Assembly (NCBI GenBank): GCA_002633005.1
Contig: NMRA01000403.1
Coordinates: 334,309 to 398,308 of the forward strand
Origin: Phoronis australis
Taxonomy: Eukaryota > Animalia > Phoronida
Direction of reading: 5' to 3'
DNA length: 64,000 nucleotides
Shown here: piece after piece, positions 14,001 to 27,300 of the stretch
How positions within the stretch are numbered: position 1 is the first letter of the stretch
Layout: each line of letters starts with the position of its first letter
Notes under the pieces: model-generated
Database searches by the model: none
What the model saw: the letters and a program-made list of their open reading frames with translations, nothing else
Told to the model about the DNA's origin: nothing
Position numbers and translations under genes: made by a program

Positions 14001-17000
14001 TGGCTGCTAAAACTGTGATCCATTGGGAAACCTAATCAATGTCCTCCACTGTCTCATATTCAACCTCAATCTACTGAAAAAATTATCCAAATTTTCTGGT
14101 TAGAGAAACTTTTATGCTGACTGACTGACTGACTTGCACACAAGACAAAGTCACAAAGTGTAAACAGCGTCTTTATAAACAATACTGTGCCAGTTCAATC
14201 AAAGTATTTAATGTCTAAAATTGAAAAAAAAAATCACGGCAAACTTTCACCAATGTCATAACACTTTAAAGCATACATCACGTGTTAAAATCAATATTTT
14301 CCCCACATCTCGTTCCATTTGAAACAACCAATCAGAACAAAGCGTACATTCCAGACATCAGCCTATGAAAGAGTCGAGTGTTGCCTTTACCTGTCTGCTT
14401 CATCAATCACCAGCCACCTGACATGGTCCAGACATAGCGACTCAGTGTTACCCATGTGGTCTATAAGGCGACCAGGTGTACACACCAGAACGTTGATACC
14501 TTTACGAAGCCTGAAGAACACAAACAAACTTAAGTCAAATGGAATTATTGTAATTAAGCAAGTCCATTTTGAACAAGAATGACACAGGGCGTGAACAAGC
14601 CTAGATTGTGTGCATTGCTAATGGCAAAGATACAAGCACCCAATGGGTGAACCTTGTTGGGACAGACTGATACAAGAAAACGAAGCAAAAATTAGGACAC
14701 TGCATACTTCAGACCCATCCAATAATGGATGCCGGTCAAACTCAATTTGAGCTTCTTGAAGGTATAAACTTAATGTTATCATGGCAGAGAATATTTTGAG
14801 ACAAGTTTTGCTGATAAGATAATTTCGGCTCCTGTAGTAAATGCTAAACGCAATCACACAAAATGCCCGTTTGACCGAATATTTTTGGTATGTTGGGGGC
14901 AAGAAAATTCCCCTGTAAATTTCTACCATACCTGGCTTTCTCCTTCTTCCTCTGTTCTCCTCCCATAATGCACCCTGGTACAATCCAGGTAAATGACTGA
15001 AAAAGACAGAATGCTGAAAGTCAATCAAACCCGCACGATTGCACTCACATTTTCTGAAAATCCTGTCATGTGATGAACTAGTGTATTACTGAGGATGAAC
15101 GCCCAGTTATAAAAAAGCTGCACTATGAATTAGGCTTAATAAGTTTTAATTTCATTTGACATACAGTATTCTTATTGCAGTCACAAAGTGAAATTCAACA
15201 CACATCTCTATAGCGCTCAACAAGCTTCATCAAACAAAGTCAGGGAGAATCTCATGTAGATTTCCTGGGGCTGTTTCCTTAAAATGATCTTTGTTCAGAT
15301 AGCCCGCATTAACCATTGATTGAGTCATCGCAAAATTAGAAATTAAAGCCAAACCTTACGTCAATACAATGCATAGCAATACTTTCTTGTTGAAACTACT
15401 TACACGAGTCAGCTGTTGAAACGTTTCGAAGCTCTGAATGGCAAGCTGGGAAAAAAATGAACCGTAAATTCATAAATCTTATTGACCGACAATGTTTTAG
15501 ATAAACTAGCACAGGACTGCAACAATACTAAAACCAGCCATTTGCTTTTACAGCACAAGTGTACTGGAGGTTCAGACACAGCAGAGATAATTCGATGCAT
15601 GAATTTATTACATGGCCAGGCAGCTGTTTTTTTCAGTAACTAGGCCCTGAATGAGATTTGAACCATTAACCTCGAATCCCAAGACGCCGAGATGACCAAA
15701 TAAATATCTTAATTAGTTACCAAAAATATTATAAAAACACACAAAACGAAAAACTTTGTCGTCCCTACACAGGGCAGTTCACTAGACGTGCAAATGATGT
15801 AAATGGAGATATTTGTTCTTTTCACATTTAAATAATCTTTAAATGATTACAATGACACAAATCATTCGTGGAATTAAATTTACTGACAGTACCTTTGACC
15901 CATTTCTAATTTATCTTTAGAAATCCCATCAAAAATTTGCGCGAGACTCTGAAAATTAGCATCTGTCATTTAATTCTTCATGCTTTTCCATGTAAAAAAA
16001 GCAATTATCAAAACTAAATGAGTCAATGACCTTTGTCCTTTCACCTTTGATCTCAAAGACATACACCATCAGCAAGTGCCAATTCCCTCAATCCTTTCAA
16101 GCACGCGCTTTTTACAGTGATTCGTGAACAGGGTGATAATTGTGAAATGATCCCTAAGAACAAAACTTTTTGTCTTTTTAATAATGAACAAGCATCATTT
16201 CAAAGTATCAAATGAATTTCCATTTATCAAAAACAACTCACTTCTCTAGTTGGAACTAAGACCACTGCATAGGGTCCATCTGACCTTTGAACTTTGGGGG
16301 TCATAGCTTGGAGTTGATGCACAATGGGAACAGCATAGGACAGCGTTTTACCTGCAGCAAAAGAGTCAATAAATTTCAATATTCATTGTTTAAAACTATT
16401 TATGGCAAAAGGCCATTACATTAATTTAGGAAAGAGTCACTATTAGTCGCTAGATTCAATTGGTTTTATCCTGCTCTGAACAGTACTTTTCCGGGTAACA
16501 GTTGGATGTAATGTGCTCGCACTTCGAGAACCAGTTTTCTCCACTAAATAATGGTCATTATACTGGTTCCCAAAATGCAGGCGCGTGATATCTGACTATT
16601 GGCCATTTTTGCTCACAATGAGATTTTCCAGAGTTATGTACATGATCCAGCCAGTGTCTTCAAGAGGTCAAGAACTTTTACTAACAGAATGAAGAACAGA
16701 GCATCACAGGAGGCAGTATAATAATTAAACTGTAAAGCAACAAGAAATAAAAAGCAAGAATAAACTATGGTTGGATGCATCGGAGAAAACCAACACCTCA
16801 ATTCAGTGCACTTGGTCCGAGTAGTCTGTAAAATGAAACCAAACACAGCCTCCCTGATCAAAAGCTCTGACTGGTCACCAAGTGCTTGATTTATTAAAAG
16901 TCATCAGTTCAGTCTAAGCAAAGAAGGTCGCAAGTTTATTAATGCGAGTTGAATTTTTCGAAGAATGTGAATGTTGCAGCTGATTTCTTGATATTCGGAC

Positions 17001-20000
17001 TCACGACCTTTGCCCTTCAGGCCTACAGCCATTAACAAAAAGCCGACTCCACAGTGAGTCCACAGTGTGAACCCCGTAGAGTGAACTATCACAGTTATAC
17101 TAGAGTGCCAGACAACCCATAACTGCACATGCTCAGTGATATAGAATGTAGAAATGTATGGCAAATTTAGAGTCAGCTTTGCTGCATGCCAGGCATAGTT
17201 AATGCCACAAACAAAAAAGAGGAAAAATTCCCAGGTGATGTATCATTCTACAAATGAATAGCTTTGTGTGATAGAAATATTTTTGTTTTGTAAAATTTAA
17301 CTGCAAAAATTTTTTTTGCATGAATACAGACAAGATGATGATAAAAGATATGAAAAAGAGACAACTGGCAATCAAATAAGAGGAAATCGAAATCAAAAAA
17401 AGAAGAAATTCTCTTAAAAGAGGAAAATTCCAAGCCCTGTGATAATTACAGTGCAGGTCACAAAGTTTTGACTGGAAGTATTTGGAAATGAGTTAGTGAA
17501 TGATCAAGGACTGGTTGAAAAAGGGGCAATGAAGTTTGCTAATTCTTTTCTCACTCAGGTCACATGAGCACCAGATAGGGAACTGCTGACAAATTGTCCG
17601 ACATTACCTGAGCCGGTCTGAGACTTGACCAGTACGTCCCGTCCAGCCAACACTTGGGGAATGGTCTCTTCCTGGACACTGGTCATCTTCCTTAGCCCCA
17701 TCTTCTCGGTCAAGTTGGACACCTGCAGTGGTCAGTCAGTGCAGGTATAACATAGCAGTGCACACTGAACACCAACCAAATTGTCGGATAAAACCTGATA
17801 AATCCTTCTTACTGATTATTTCAAAAGAAGTAAGTATATCCGAAATGACGCCACTTTCAACATGACTATAGAACTTTAAATTAATGTAAATTATATGTTC
17901 TAATTGATACACAGTATACTTCAAGTAAGGAAAGTCAATCTTTGTTTGACCCTTTGACCCCAATTACATAATCAAGGTAAGAGATACAGTAGGTACAGCA
18001 GGTAGTTTTCAAAATAAACTGGAGAGTGTTGAAATTTGACAAGTTTTGACTTCCAAAACCATGTCTAAGGAATTACACTATCTCCTGTTTGATTTGAACA
18101 CCTTTCAATTCCAGCACATTCTCAACAAAACCTAGCCAGGTGTGACTCCACGCATTTTGTTGAATATGCAACAGGTTACATGCGCTTGGCAAGTTGGCAG
18201 ATAAACAGTAGCTAGACACAATCAAGTACCGTCAAACTCTGACTACAGTTTGATAAAAATGATGGTTTCTTGCGACAGCTAATTCTGGCACAAAGTTTTC
18301 CAAGTCTGGTAGAGCCTGACAGAGTTCCGTCAAAATCTGTCCAGTTCATTTAGAAAATCACATGTAGGTTTTGCGACACTGTTAGCTCATAGCGGCTTGA
18401 TTTAGATAATTACCAAGAACGGGTGAAGCTTTAAGTCACTGAACAATTCAGTGGAGAAAACAGCCTCCTTCAGACTAGACACAGATTTACTGAAAAAAGT
18501 ACAAAAAATATCATTAGAAAACAACAACAAACACGAGAAATTGTTTACATTATGCAACATTTAACAAACACTGATGTTTAAAACAGCTAATAAACCCAAT
18601 TTTTATCACAACTTTGATTTAAACCATTCATCATGATTATGAAATTGGACTTAATTGTTCCTTGGTGATTTTAGCGTTCCGAAAGATCTGAGAGTTGTAA
18701 TCCTAGAAATCACTTCTCATCTAAAGCAGGAACAAGTTGAGACTAGCATTAAAGCAATATTTGAAATCCCTGAAAAGTTCTCTTCCTGGACGATATGGGA
18801 GTATACAGCCACTTCTAAATTTTTTCAAAATAGCACTTAACTTTTGAAACAAGACGCAAAGCAAAACTTTTCACAGGCTTAAAACGAAGTTACAGCAAAT
18901 AAGTACAAGCACTTTCGTGTACTTGTTTTAAGACCCTAAAAGACGGGAGTATTTTCACCCTCCACAATGTTTCTTGAACTGCATAACAACTCAATGTTCA
19001 AAGCATCTCACAGAATGTCTTGAAGGGATCTCTTGTAAATGTTTATTTTTCAGAAGTAATGTTTTGTTCACAAAAAGCTCTCAAGGAGCTATTTTGGAAA
19101 TTAAGTGATGGGACTCTTTTGAAAACTTGTTTTGCTAACATTATATTTAAGTGGTTTAGAAGTGCAAAAGATTGAGTGCGTAACTGCACATGACACTAGA
19201 AAACTAAATTCAGCTTTAGTGGTTTTGGAATTTGAGGTGATGACTTTGGTCAACTTGAAATACCAGCCAGGTTCATCTTCAGTTAGACAAAGTGTAGTCC
19301 AACGGTGCCTCCGTTGACAAGTCGTCAATAAACTTAAAACATTTTAGGTATGCTTGTAACGACCAAAATTGAAAAAATAATGGCATTTTGTCATATTTGC
19401 CATAATACCGTCCTAGAAAAACATCTCGATCCCAAAAGACCCAACATGGTGACTTGTTCTGTTGTTTCCAAAAAGTCCACAAGAGAGCTTTATGTTGGTG
19501 GGGGGAACATTTCAGAAAACTTCAGTAGGATGGCATCCAACCTTTTCCTGCATACCCACCTGTGAACAACTGGAATTTCTGGGTTATTCTTAAACAACGA
19601 CGAAATAATCTGTCCATGAGATCGATGTCCACCCGCCTCGAACTTTGACCTTTTATCTGCCACAGAAACATCTTCACTCGCCTTTCTTTTCTTAGTCAGT
19701 TTTTCAGGTGAAGGTGAATCATTATTTAACTTTGGTGGCACAGTTTCCTGTTCATTGTATGTAGCTTCATCTGCCTTTTGTTCCAGAAACTTCTTGTGAC
19801 GCCTTTCTCGAATGCGATCACCCTTTGAAATTCAACAAAAACATAGTAATTCTGATATTTAATGACTCGGTCAAAAATTATTTCATTACAAAGATGTGCA
19901 CAGTTTTATATCAATGTGGATAAATCTCATGTAGTCTTCCGCCAAGTAAAGAAACTATGTCACGGGCATTAAAAACTGATGCTGGTGTATTTTTGTACAT

Positions 20001-21198
20001 ACTTTAGCCAAATTTGAGGCAATTAACTAACTTATGAACGCCATAAAAAAGAGCACCCTCTCTTTGTCAACTCCTGTTTACATCCTTTCAGGAACTTAAG
20101 TTACCGCCACCTCCCAAAGGGGGAGTGATGTAAGTAAACAACACTTATTAGATTGCGTTTCTTTTGAGGATTCCAAAGCACAAGGTATATGACCATTAAA
20201 TGACAGTGATAAAACTTTCGATGGCCGAGTGACCTAAATAATTTAGTATAGCCAAGGGATAGGCACCATGGAGGAGAGCACCATAGTCAGATAGGTGTAC
20301 ACCTAATTTATAAGTGATTTGAGAACCATTTATTTCCACTGAATAACATGCATTATTATGTGGAAGTAACTGGTTCTCAAATCAGGGACCCATCTACCCA
20401 ACTACATTAACCATATCATTTTTATTTACACCTTGTTTAACAACACTGCTTCCTACTCCTAGTCCTAGCAATGTTTTGACCACTAGTACTACACTCAGTT
20501 AGTTTAGCACTCACATTGTTGCGACTCGTAACACTGGGTGTGACATAGAGTTGTGTTAAGCCCCTCTAAACCACTTGCCAAGTGGCGCAGCAATTGGACG
20601 CTCGACTCTCAGGCCGATGGCCCAGGGCCAGGACTAGGCNCGGTAAACTCACCGATTTTTGTCTCATTACTTTGATACGTGTTTCTCCCGAGAGGTTAGT
20701 ACCTAACGTGAAGACGAGCACTCCAAATTGGAACGCTAAGTCCCGCGTGGTTGCGCTGCACGCGAAACAAGATGGCGGACGAACTTTGGAGCCTGACGAA
20801 AATAGGTAACCGGACGATACTACACTCAGTTAGTTTAGCACCCACATTGTTGTGACTCGTAACACTGGGTGTGACATAGAGTTGTGTTAAGCCCCTCTAA
20901 ACCACTTGCCAAGTGGCGCAGCAATTGGACGCTCGACTCTCAGGCCGATGGCCCAGGGCCAGGACTAGGCTCGACACCAATCACTAGTCACTACTCACTA
21001 GCCGTCGTCGTGCCGGGCATGTGGTGTACAAGCTGGCTCATCTTTACTTTTAACTAGTACTCAGAAAAACTGCTAAGCTACCTCAGTTATACCACTCACT
21101 CTATTTGGTGTGATTCGCTTAAATTTAGGTTTTTCGACATTTGTCTGGCCATATCCCGTCACATTTAACAGTAAACCTCCTTCGCCGTCAACATCCAT
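5025..21198 (-). CDS. DDX31: DEAD-box ATP-dependent RNA helicase DDX31/Dbp7 ortholog, 17 coding exons, about 701 aa
   Basis: Exons read on the minus strand with GT-AG boundaries and matching phases: 21100-21198, 19560-19822, 18414-18489, 17608-17722, 16242-16351, 15404-15445, 14932-14996, 14391-14510, 13752-13861, 12776-12969, 11301-11462, 10696-10755, 10249-10439, 9510-9585, 8674-8776, 7653-7836, 5025-5160 (2106 nt). Motifs: [53 protein letters not shown]31/Dbp7-type segments: [50 protein letters not shown]...[16 protein letters not shown]. An N gap lies in the last intron. Confidence 0.95.
5394..5551. mobile_element. Non-autonomous DNA transposon (MITE) with CAGTGGCG-type TIRs, hAT-like
   Basis: Ends cagtggcgaattt...ggatccgccaatg, flanked by direct repeat gtaat; related copy at 53085-53234. 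Confidence 0.7.
6128..6377. mobile_element. Degenerate MITE with related CAGNGGCGGATC terminus
   Basis: Left end cagaggcggatc followed by G-runs; right end decayed (ctgaaaatgctgg...cagctg); internal (AAAAC)n. Confidence 0.4.
6974..7273. other. Assembly gap (300 N)
   Basis: Run of N. Confidence 1.
13463..13515. repeat. (GACA)n-type microsatellite
   Basis: cgacagacagacagaaagacagacagacagaaagacagacagacagatggaca. Confidence 0.8.
17205..17439. mobile_element. MITE copy in DDX31 intron 4, inverted relative to 34764-35013
   Basis: Ends ...ctcttaaaagaggaaaattccaagccctg, the reverse complement of the left part of the 34764 element; internal similarity over about 230 bp. Confidence 0.55.
20487..20970. 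other. 153-bp duplicate (20487-20639, 20818-20970) either side of a single N; probable uncollapsed haplotypes
   Basis: The copies differ at about 2 positions; N at 20640 follows the end of copy 1 exactly. Confidence 0.75.
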
Positions 21199-21342
21199 CC
21201 TGAAAAAACGTGAAACGGAAGTATACAATACTGTAGCGACATCTATTGAGTTTCCGGCTTAGGATTGACCAATAGAAAGTTGTGTTACATGAACTCTAGG
21301 CCTTAGTTGTTCTTGGTAACCATTTTCAGAGAAGAAGCCAAG
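21199..21342. promoter_or_regulatory. Compact bidirectional promoter and 5' UTRs shared by DDX31 and AK8
   Basis: 144 bp separate the divergent ATGs. Contains CCAAT (gaccaatag ~21267-21275), ETS-like cggaag/ttccgg motifs and an RFX X-box-like site. Confidence 0.7.
21306..21320 (+). promoter_or_regulatory. RFX X-box-like motif upstream of AK8
   Basis: GTTGTT-CTT-GGTAAC fits GTHNYY-N(0-3)-RRNAAC and ends 22 bp before the ATG of a cilia/flagella-associated gene. Confidence 0.5.
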
Positions 21343-24300
21343 ATGGATCAGACGAAAAGACCTCTCCTTATTCCCCCAGAGTTTTCAAATTATGCCGAAA
21401 AGTTTGGTATATTTGAAATGTACAAAGTAAGTAACTAGTCGAAAGACTCATTCAAGACAAATAGTGAAGATTTATGTCAGTTTGACGTGCTCACTCCGTA
21501 CAGGTCTTCACTTCGTCTTCAGTCGTCGAAGCCTTGGCTTTGGCTTTGGGTTAGAAATTGAAGTTTGATGGCAGGCAATTAAATCGCCGTTGGCATACAG
21601 GGGTCATAGCAAAGCTGACCCCCATAAAAAAAGTCCTCTCAAAATTTGTATATATATTTACTTAGCTTTTATTAAGACGCACCATCACTGTGGAGAATAT
21701 TTAGTTCCATAATTTGAAAATAGTACCCATAAAAATCTGCCGTAGTTCACTCAAACTTCCCTCACCTATACTAAGTGCTATATATTGAGGAAGTTCCGCG
21801 AAGTCACACTTGTTGAAGAAAGCTCTAGTGAACCGAGACAGATTTTTATGAATTTCTTTGAATGATGTTCACAAAATTGTCTTCAGAGTCATTTTATAAT
21901 TATAACTCAATGTGTGCATATATGCATGTTCTGTTCATTGTATTTTGCGAAAGCATGGTGTAATTTCTTAAGTATAGTAATTACCAAGATTACCCAAGTG
22001 GGGTTTTGATAATAATTACATGACAATTACAACAGTCGCTATAAGAAAGAGTCACATCTGGGTTTAGGTAAAGACCTTCCACTCAACCAACATGTCTGCA
22101 TTGTCTGAAGTTATCTCCCATGTATTTAATGAGCCTCTGTTGTGCAGCACACTTTTGTTTCCAGAGGCTGATAGAACAGTTGATCATCACCAAGCCATCC
22201 GATCCACTCAGCTTCATGGTGGAGTTGCTGAAGCGAGAGAACGACGACGGTAGGTTACTGATCCGAATGCAACAATGGGTTGCGCGAAAGGCTAGCATGC
22301 GTGCAGAGGAGTACGATTCTGACTGAGCTAGTCACCCTCGTAGCCACTAGAGGGCAGTAGAAAGGCACCAGTATAGAGACTACTGCAGCGTCTTAATTTT
22401 ACTAATGTTCATTGTACCTTGAACACTGCTGGGCAGTAATAATACAAGTGTACGTTTTTCAAGAACTTAACTGATTTCCTTGATTGACTAACTCGTTTTG
22501 ACAGAATTCAGTTTTTAAGGTGTTTAAGTGGTTCAAACCATTTTTAATGTCCAGTTTTTATTATATCTCTGCAAAATACCTATGAGGCATTCTTGGACTG
22601 TTAAAGGGACACACTTTTATCACAAATTTGAGTAGAGTACTAGTAAAACAGATAAGAAATTCACTTACTACGAACTTTTTATAGTTGATGATTATGAATC
22701 TTCCACCTTCATCTAAAGGTCGTTTTCACTGAGTGGATTACCCATGCTTTGTTGAACCACATCTAGAATGGGGGGGTCATATACCCGGGGGAGCTGTAGT
22801 GCTTTGTCTTGGTTCATTGTGTCTGTTCATGATAAATGCGGCTCCTTTAACTTTTCGAGTTGGACAAATGCACTGACATTGGTGATCATACCCTCAACAC
22901 TGGCGGTTGTTGCTATGAAATTTCACCAGTTCCATATTTTAGTTGGAATTAATTGGAAGTTTCCTAGTTTCACCGCTTACTTGTTTTAGAGTTAGATAGG
23001 ACTACAGTGAACACTCACACACATTTTAAACATTAAAAATTATTTTCATTAAATTTAAGCCAGAAGCAAAAAGGATTCTTGTCTTATAACGAAGTGAATT
23101 AATACACTTTCATTCTTTGTTCATCAAAAACTGTCTCCAGTCTATTGTTAGTTTTGATTCTGTCCATTAAACAAAAAGATGTTAACCTTAGCATTGTTGC
23201 TTGTTAATCAACATCGTGAATTTGGTTTGTTAACTTGTTGGGCTGTATAAAATGTGGAGCAAGAAAGTTTATACCCTAGGATTTAGTGAACTGAAAAGTT
23301 GCAGTATTTTCTTCACCAGTACTACAAAACTGCAGTCTTATTTTAATGTGACCGACTTGTGGTTTTTGAATAACTCTTCATTCATGAGCTGTACTCTTTC
23401 AAGAGTCTGGAATCTTCTGAAAGAAAATATGAGATGGAGTTTCCAATTATGAATTACTCGCTGACTGCAAGTAAGCATCGGATGGAGGTAGTGTCTGCAG
23501 GGAATGTTCTATTGTTCGACAGACAAAAAATATTAAGTCACGTACATGTAGAGTGGACGAGTATAAATAGGAAATATTCAGAGTTACACCTGTGGGAGGT
23601 ATCGCTTGGCCCACTTTCAAATTCTGGTGTGCGAGAAAGGTCGACTCAACTGGAAACAAGGGCAATGTCATTCATTTTCAGGAGTATTCAAGTCATGGAT
23701 ATTTATGTATGATTACCATGAATATTTATCTCTTTGCAAAATAGTAAGTCCAATGCTGTGGTGATCACAAAATATAACTAGGAAATCCCTATCAAGGATG
23801 TTAGGTCCTAGCTGTCTAGGCAATTACACAGCTTCTAAGCCGGTAATTATATTAATTATAAATGCTGTTCATTTATTACTGCGCCATCTTCTGGCCACAA
23901 GCTGTATAGTTTCATGATGTCACCACTGCAGGCCTGGAGAAAATGGCATTCGGATCTCTTGGTAATTCATTTTATGATTGAAGCTTGTATAACGTTAGAA
24001 TTTTCTGCCAATTATATAGGTTGGGTCTTTTGACTATGTCTGACAATGAAATAAGGTATCGAGATTTTGTGCAAATAAAGAGAGAGAAATGGTTGAAACT
24101 AAAATGCCTTAGCATGGGTCTGCAATTTCTAAATGGTGTTTTGTTTTTAAGCAAGTATAACATTATTGGCTATTTTTAGTGTAAGTTTTGTAACATTTTC
24201 TAACTAAAGAAATCTTATCATCCTGCACTTAGTCTTATATGTTTGTTCAAGACATTATAATTACAGTTTTTTCATTTTTGTTAGGCTGTAGGTGTTTTAT

Positions 24301-27300
24301 TTTATGTTTTTCTGCCAATTATTAAACCTATGGTAAGTAGTAATCTTTAATACATAATTCCACTTCTAAACATTAAGAACTTGACTTTGAAAATGTTTTT
24401 GTTGCAATCACTTGTTCTTGACACGTAAATCAGTGAATGACATCAACGACATATTAATCATGGGAAAATCATCCTGACAAGTGCCGAGATATTTCAAACT
24501 TTCAAAAGTGCATAGTTTTGCTGTACACTCAGGAGAAACTAGCTAGTCACAAATATCATGCTTTTTAAAGCGGCATTTTTCCCTGCTTATAGTTGACTGA
24601 AAATGAAAGTCTTACACGTATTAGGTCTTTTGTTTTTGTAAAATTGATCTCGTAATATTCCATTCCTTGGTAGGATTCCACTTTCAATGCCATCTCAAAT
24701 CACAGGCAATGTCTACCCTTTTCAAATTGGCCGTTTTAGGTTTGGCTAATCTCTGTAAACTTTGAAATATTTTCCTGAGTTCTATAGTCATTGATGTTTT
24801 TGAAATTCTTACGTATTGGTAAGGAAATGAAACCCTGCCATGGTAAGGAGTATTATGATACAGTCTTATTGTATATGTTGTGGAAATCATCAATAAGAAC
24901 ACAAGAAAATGTACATTGTGACTGATGGGGCCCTCTGCCATCGTCAATACATTTTACTAGCTTTTGACAATGTCTGTATGGATTGTCAATTAAAGATTTC
25001 TAAAAAAACAGAAGCTTTGTAAACTGGCATTTTTGTGGCTTTTTCTGTTAGTCTACATTTTCATTATTTGTCAACTTTCTGTTAACTTGATTTTTTTTTC
25101 AGTTCCCCAAATCGCGGTGCTGGGTCCCCCATGCTCGGGTAAAAGGACAATCTCTAACATGATCTGTTCAAAGCTGCGGACAGCCCATATTACCAGCGAA
25201 AACCTGGTCGAAGAAGCTGACCTGGAGACTAAGAAAGCTTGTAAAGCCCTTCTTGATGACAATAAGGTATATCACATTGCATGGTGAGGTGCTACTGTGG
25301 GCTAGTCACATGCCCGTATTCTCGCTGTTTCACATTTTTCAGTGACCACTTAGAGCTGTACTCGGTTTCACTCCCGTTCTCTTATTTTGAATTCATTGGC
25401 GTGAACTCGAACTGGTATGGTTGTGAGTGAGGATTGTTTTTAAGAAAATGCATCTTAAATTATTGATGGGTTATTTATGACCAGAGAGTTCAGCTTATAT
25501 TTTACTCACATTGCAGTATGTCTATCTCTTGGGAGTTCAAAGTTTTGTGACACAGAATCTGTACCCGGGCCTATTTTCATTCGAATTCAATTAAAAAAAA
25601 GTTATTGTTATAAATCGAATTTTGAATATCTGATGGTGTGTTGACTATATGGTCACCATACTTTAATGCGACTGAACTTCAAATTTTGTGGAGACATTAA
25701 GAGTTCAAATTCAATTTTGTGACCCAGACTATGTGCCCGGGCCTCTTTTCATTTAAATTTGAATTCACTAATTATAAATTGAATTCTGAATATCTGATGG
25801 TGCATCCATAATATGGTCTACACCACATTTGAATGCGACTGAACTTCAAATTCTGTGAAAATGCAAACCCTCTCCACACAAGATAATCTTAAGAACACAA
25901 ATAGAGTCTGTTAATGACATCATAACCCCACTTGCACAATATTCCTCCATGATTTTGTGATTGGGTTAAAAATTTGAAGTGTTTAACATTTCAGTTGTTA
26001 ATTGTTATTCGCAAGTGTAGTAAAACCGAATAGTACTCTACTCTCTTTTAAAGGTACATTACCCGACTTTCTCCATCAAGCTTTCCTTAGAGTTCAGTAT
26101 CACTTTTTCCAACATTGCCTTTTCAGCCTATTCCAACTGAATTGTGGGTAAAGCTGATTTCGTCCAGACTACAACTCTTTGACTGCATACGTAAAGGTTG
26201 GGTAATGGACGGATTTCCTCACACCAGAGACCAAGTGCTGGCGCTGCAGGCTGTAGGCGTCTACCCTAAACACTGTGGTGAGTGAGTAGTTGCTCATGGA
26301 GGAAGATTTCCTCTGTTTAATGGATCCGAATGACACTCTTTTTCTCATTCAGCAAAATGGGGGAAGTTTTCAGTCAGTAGAGGCTATTGTTAAATCATGG
26401 TTCATGGAGAGTAACGATATTGTGATCGTCATTGTTTGATTATTGTAATTTTGATGTTTCAAGACAGATGAGCTCCTTTTGAAAGAACTGCAAATTGCTC
26501 CAGTTTTTGTAGATGATGTGTACTGAGATTTGTGTCTGATGCGATGTGGTGGCTAATAACTTATTATAGATGATGATATTTTTAACAGTGAAAAGTATTT
26601 TTTAACAAAAATAGTTGGTAGAAAACACAACTCTTGGAAATTGGCTAAATTTTGAAACAATGTTTTTTGATTAATTTGATTTTAGTGTTATTACGTATGT
26701 GAAAGTCAGAGTGGGTATTAGATGATTCTATTTTTTAGAAATACTTATTTGAGATTATCATCAAATTGCCTGACACAGAGCAGATGATTGAAACTATTCT
26801 TGTGGCAGACATGATCAACTAATGTACGAGCCGGAAAATGTTGTGTTTGCCTCAGCTGCGAAAGGCAATTTGAATAAAACAAAAAATACGATTCGGCAGT
26901 TTTTGGAAAGCACAGAGTCGAACACGTATGATACACTGATAATTGTAGTTAAGAAATGGGAAGTTTTAGTTTTCTATTTCAGTCCTTCTTGATGCCCCTG
27001 ATACCGTACTTATTGAGAGAGCGTCTGGAAAAAGAGTCGATCCAAAGACTGGAGGTTTGTGTTTCTCCTCATCAATTTTTCAGAACACTGTTTAATGATA
27101 ACATTTGTTGTGAACACATCCGCGATGGGGCAAATGGCAGATTAGACTGATGCTCATACCACTTTCATTCACCAATAATTTAGAGCTCAGGATGAGATTT
27201 GTCAGTCAAGAGCTATCACAAAAATATAAACAATCTGTAACTTTTAGCCCTGGTTGTGTTACGATTATTTTTGGAATTTGGTTTCTAAAACTCTGCGGGT

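Noticed and set aside
5161-21099. Intronic C/D snoRNAs in DDX31, a ribosome biogenesis gene
   Set aside because: No convincing C box/D box pair with a terminal stem seen by eye; an Infernal/Rfam scan would be needed.
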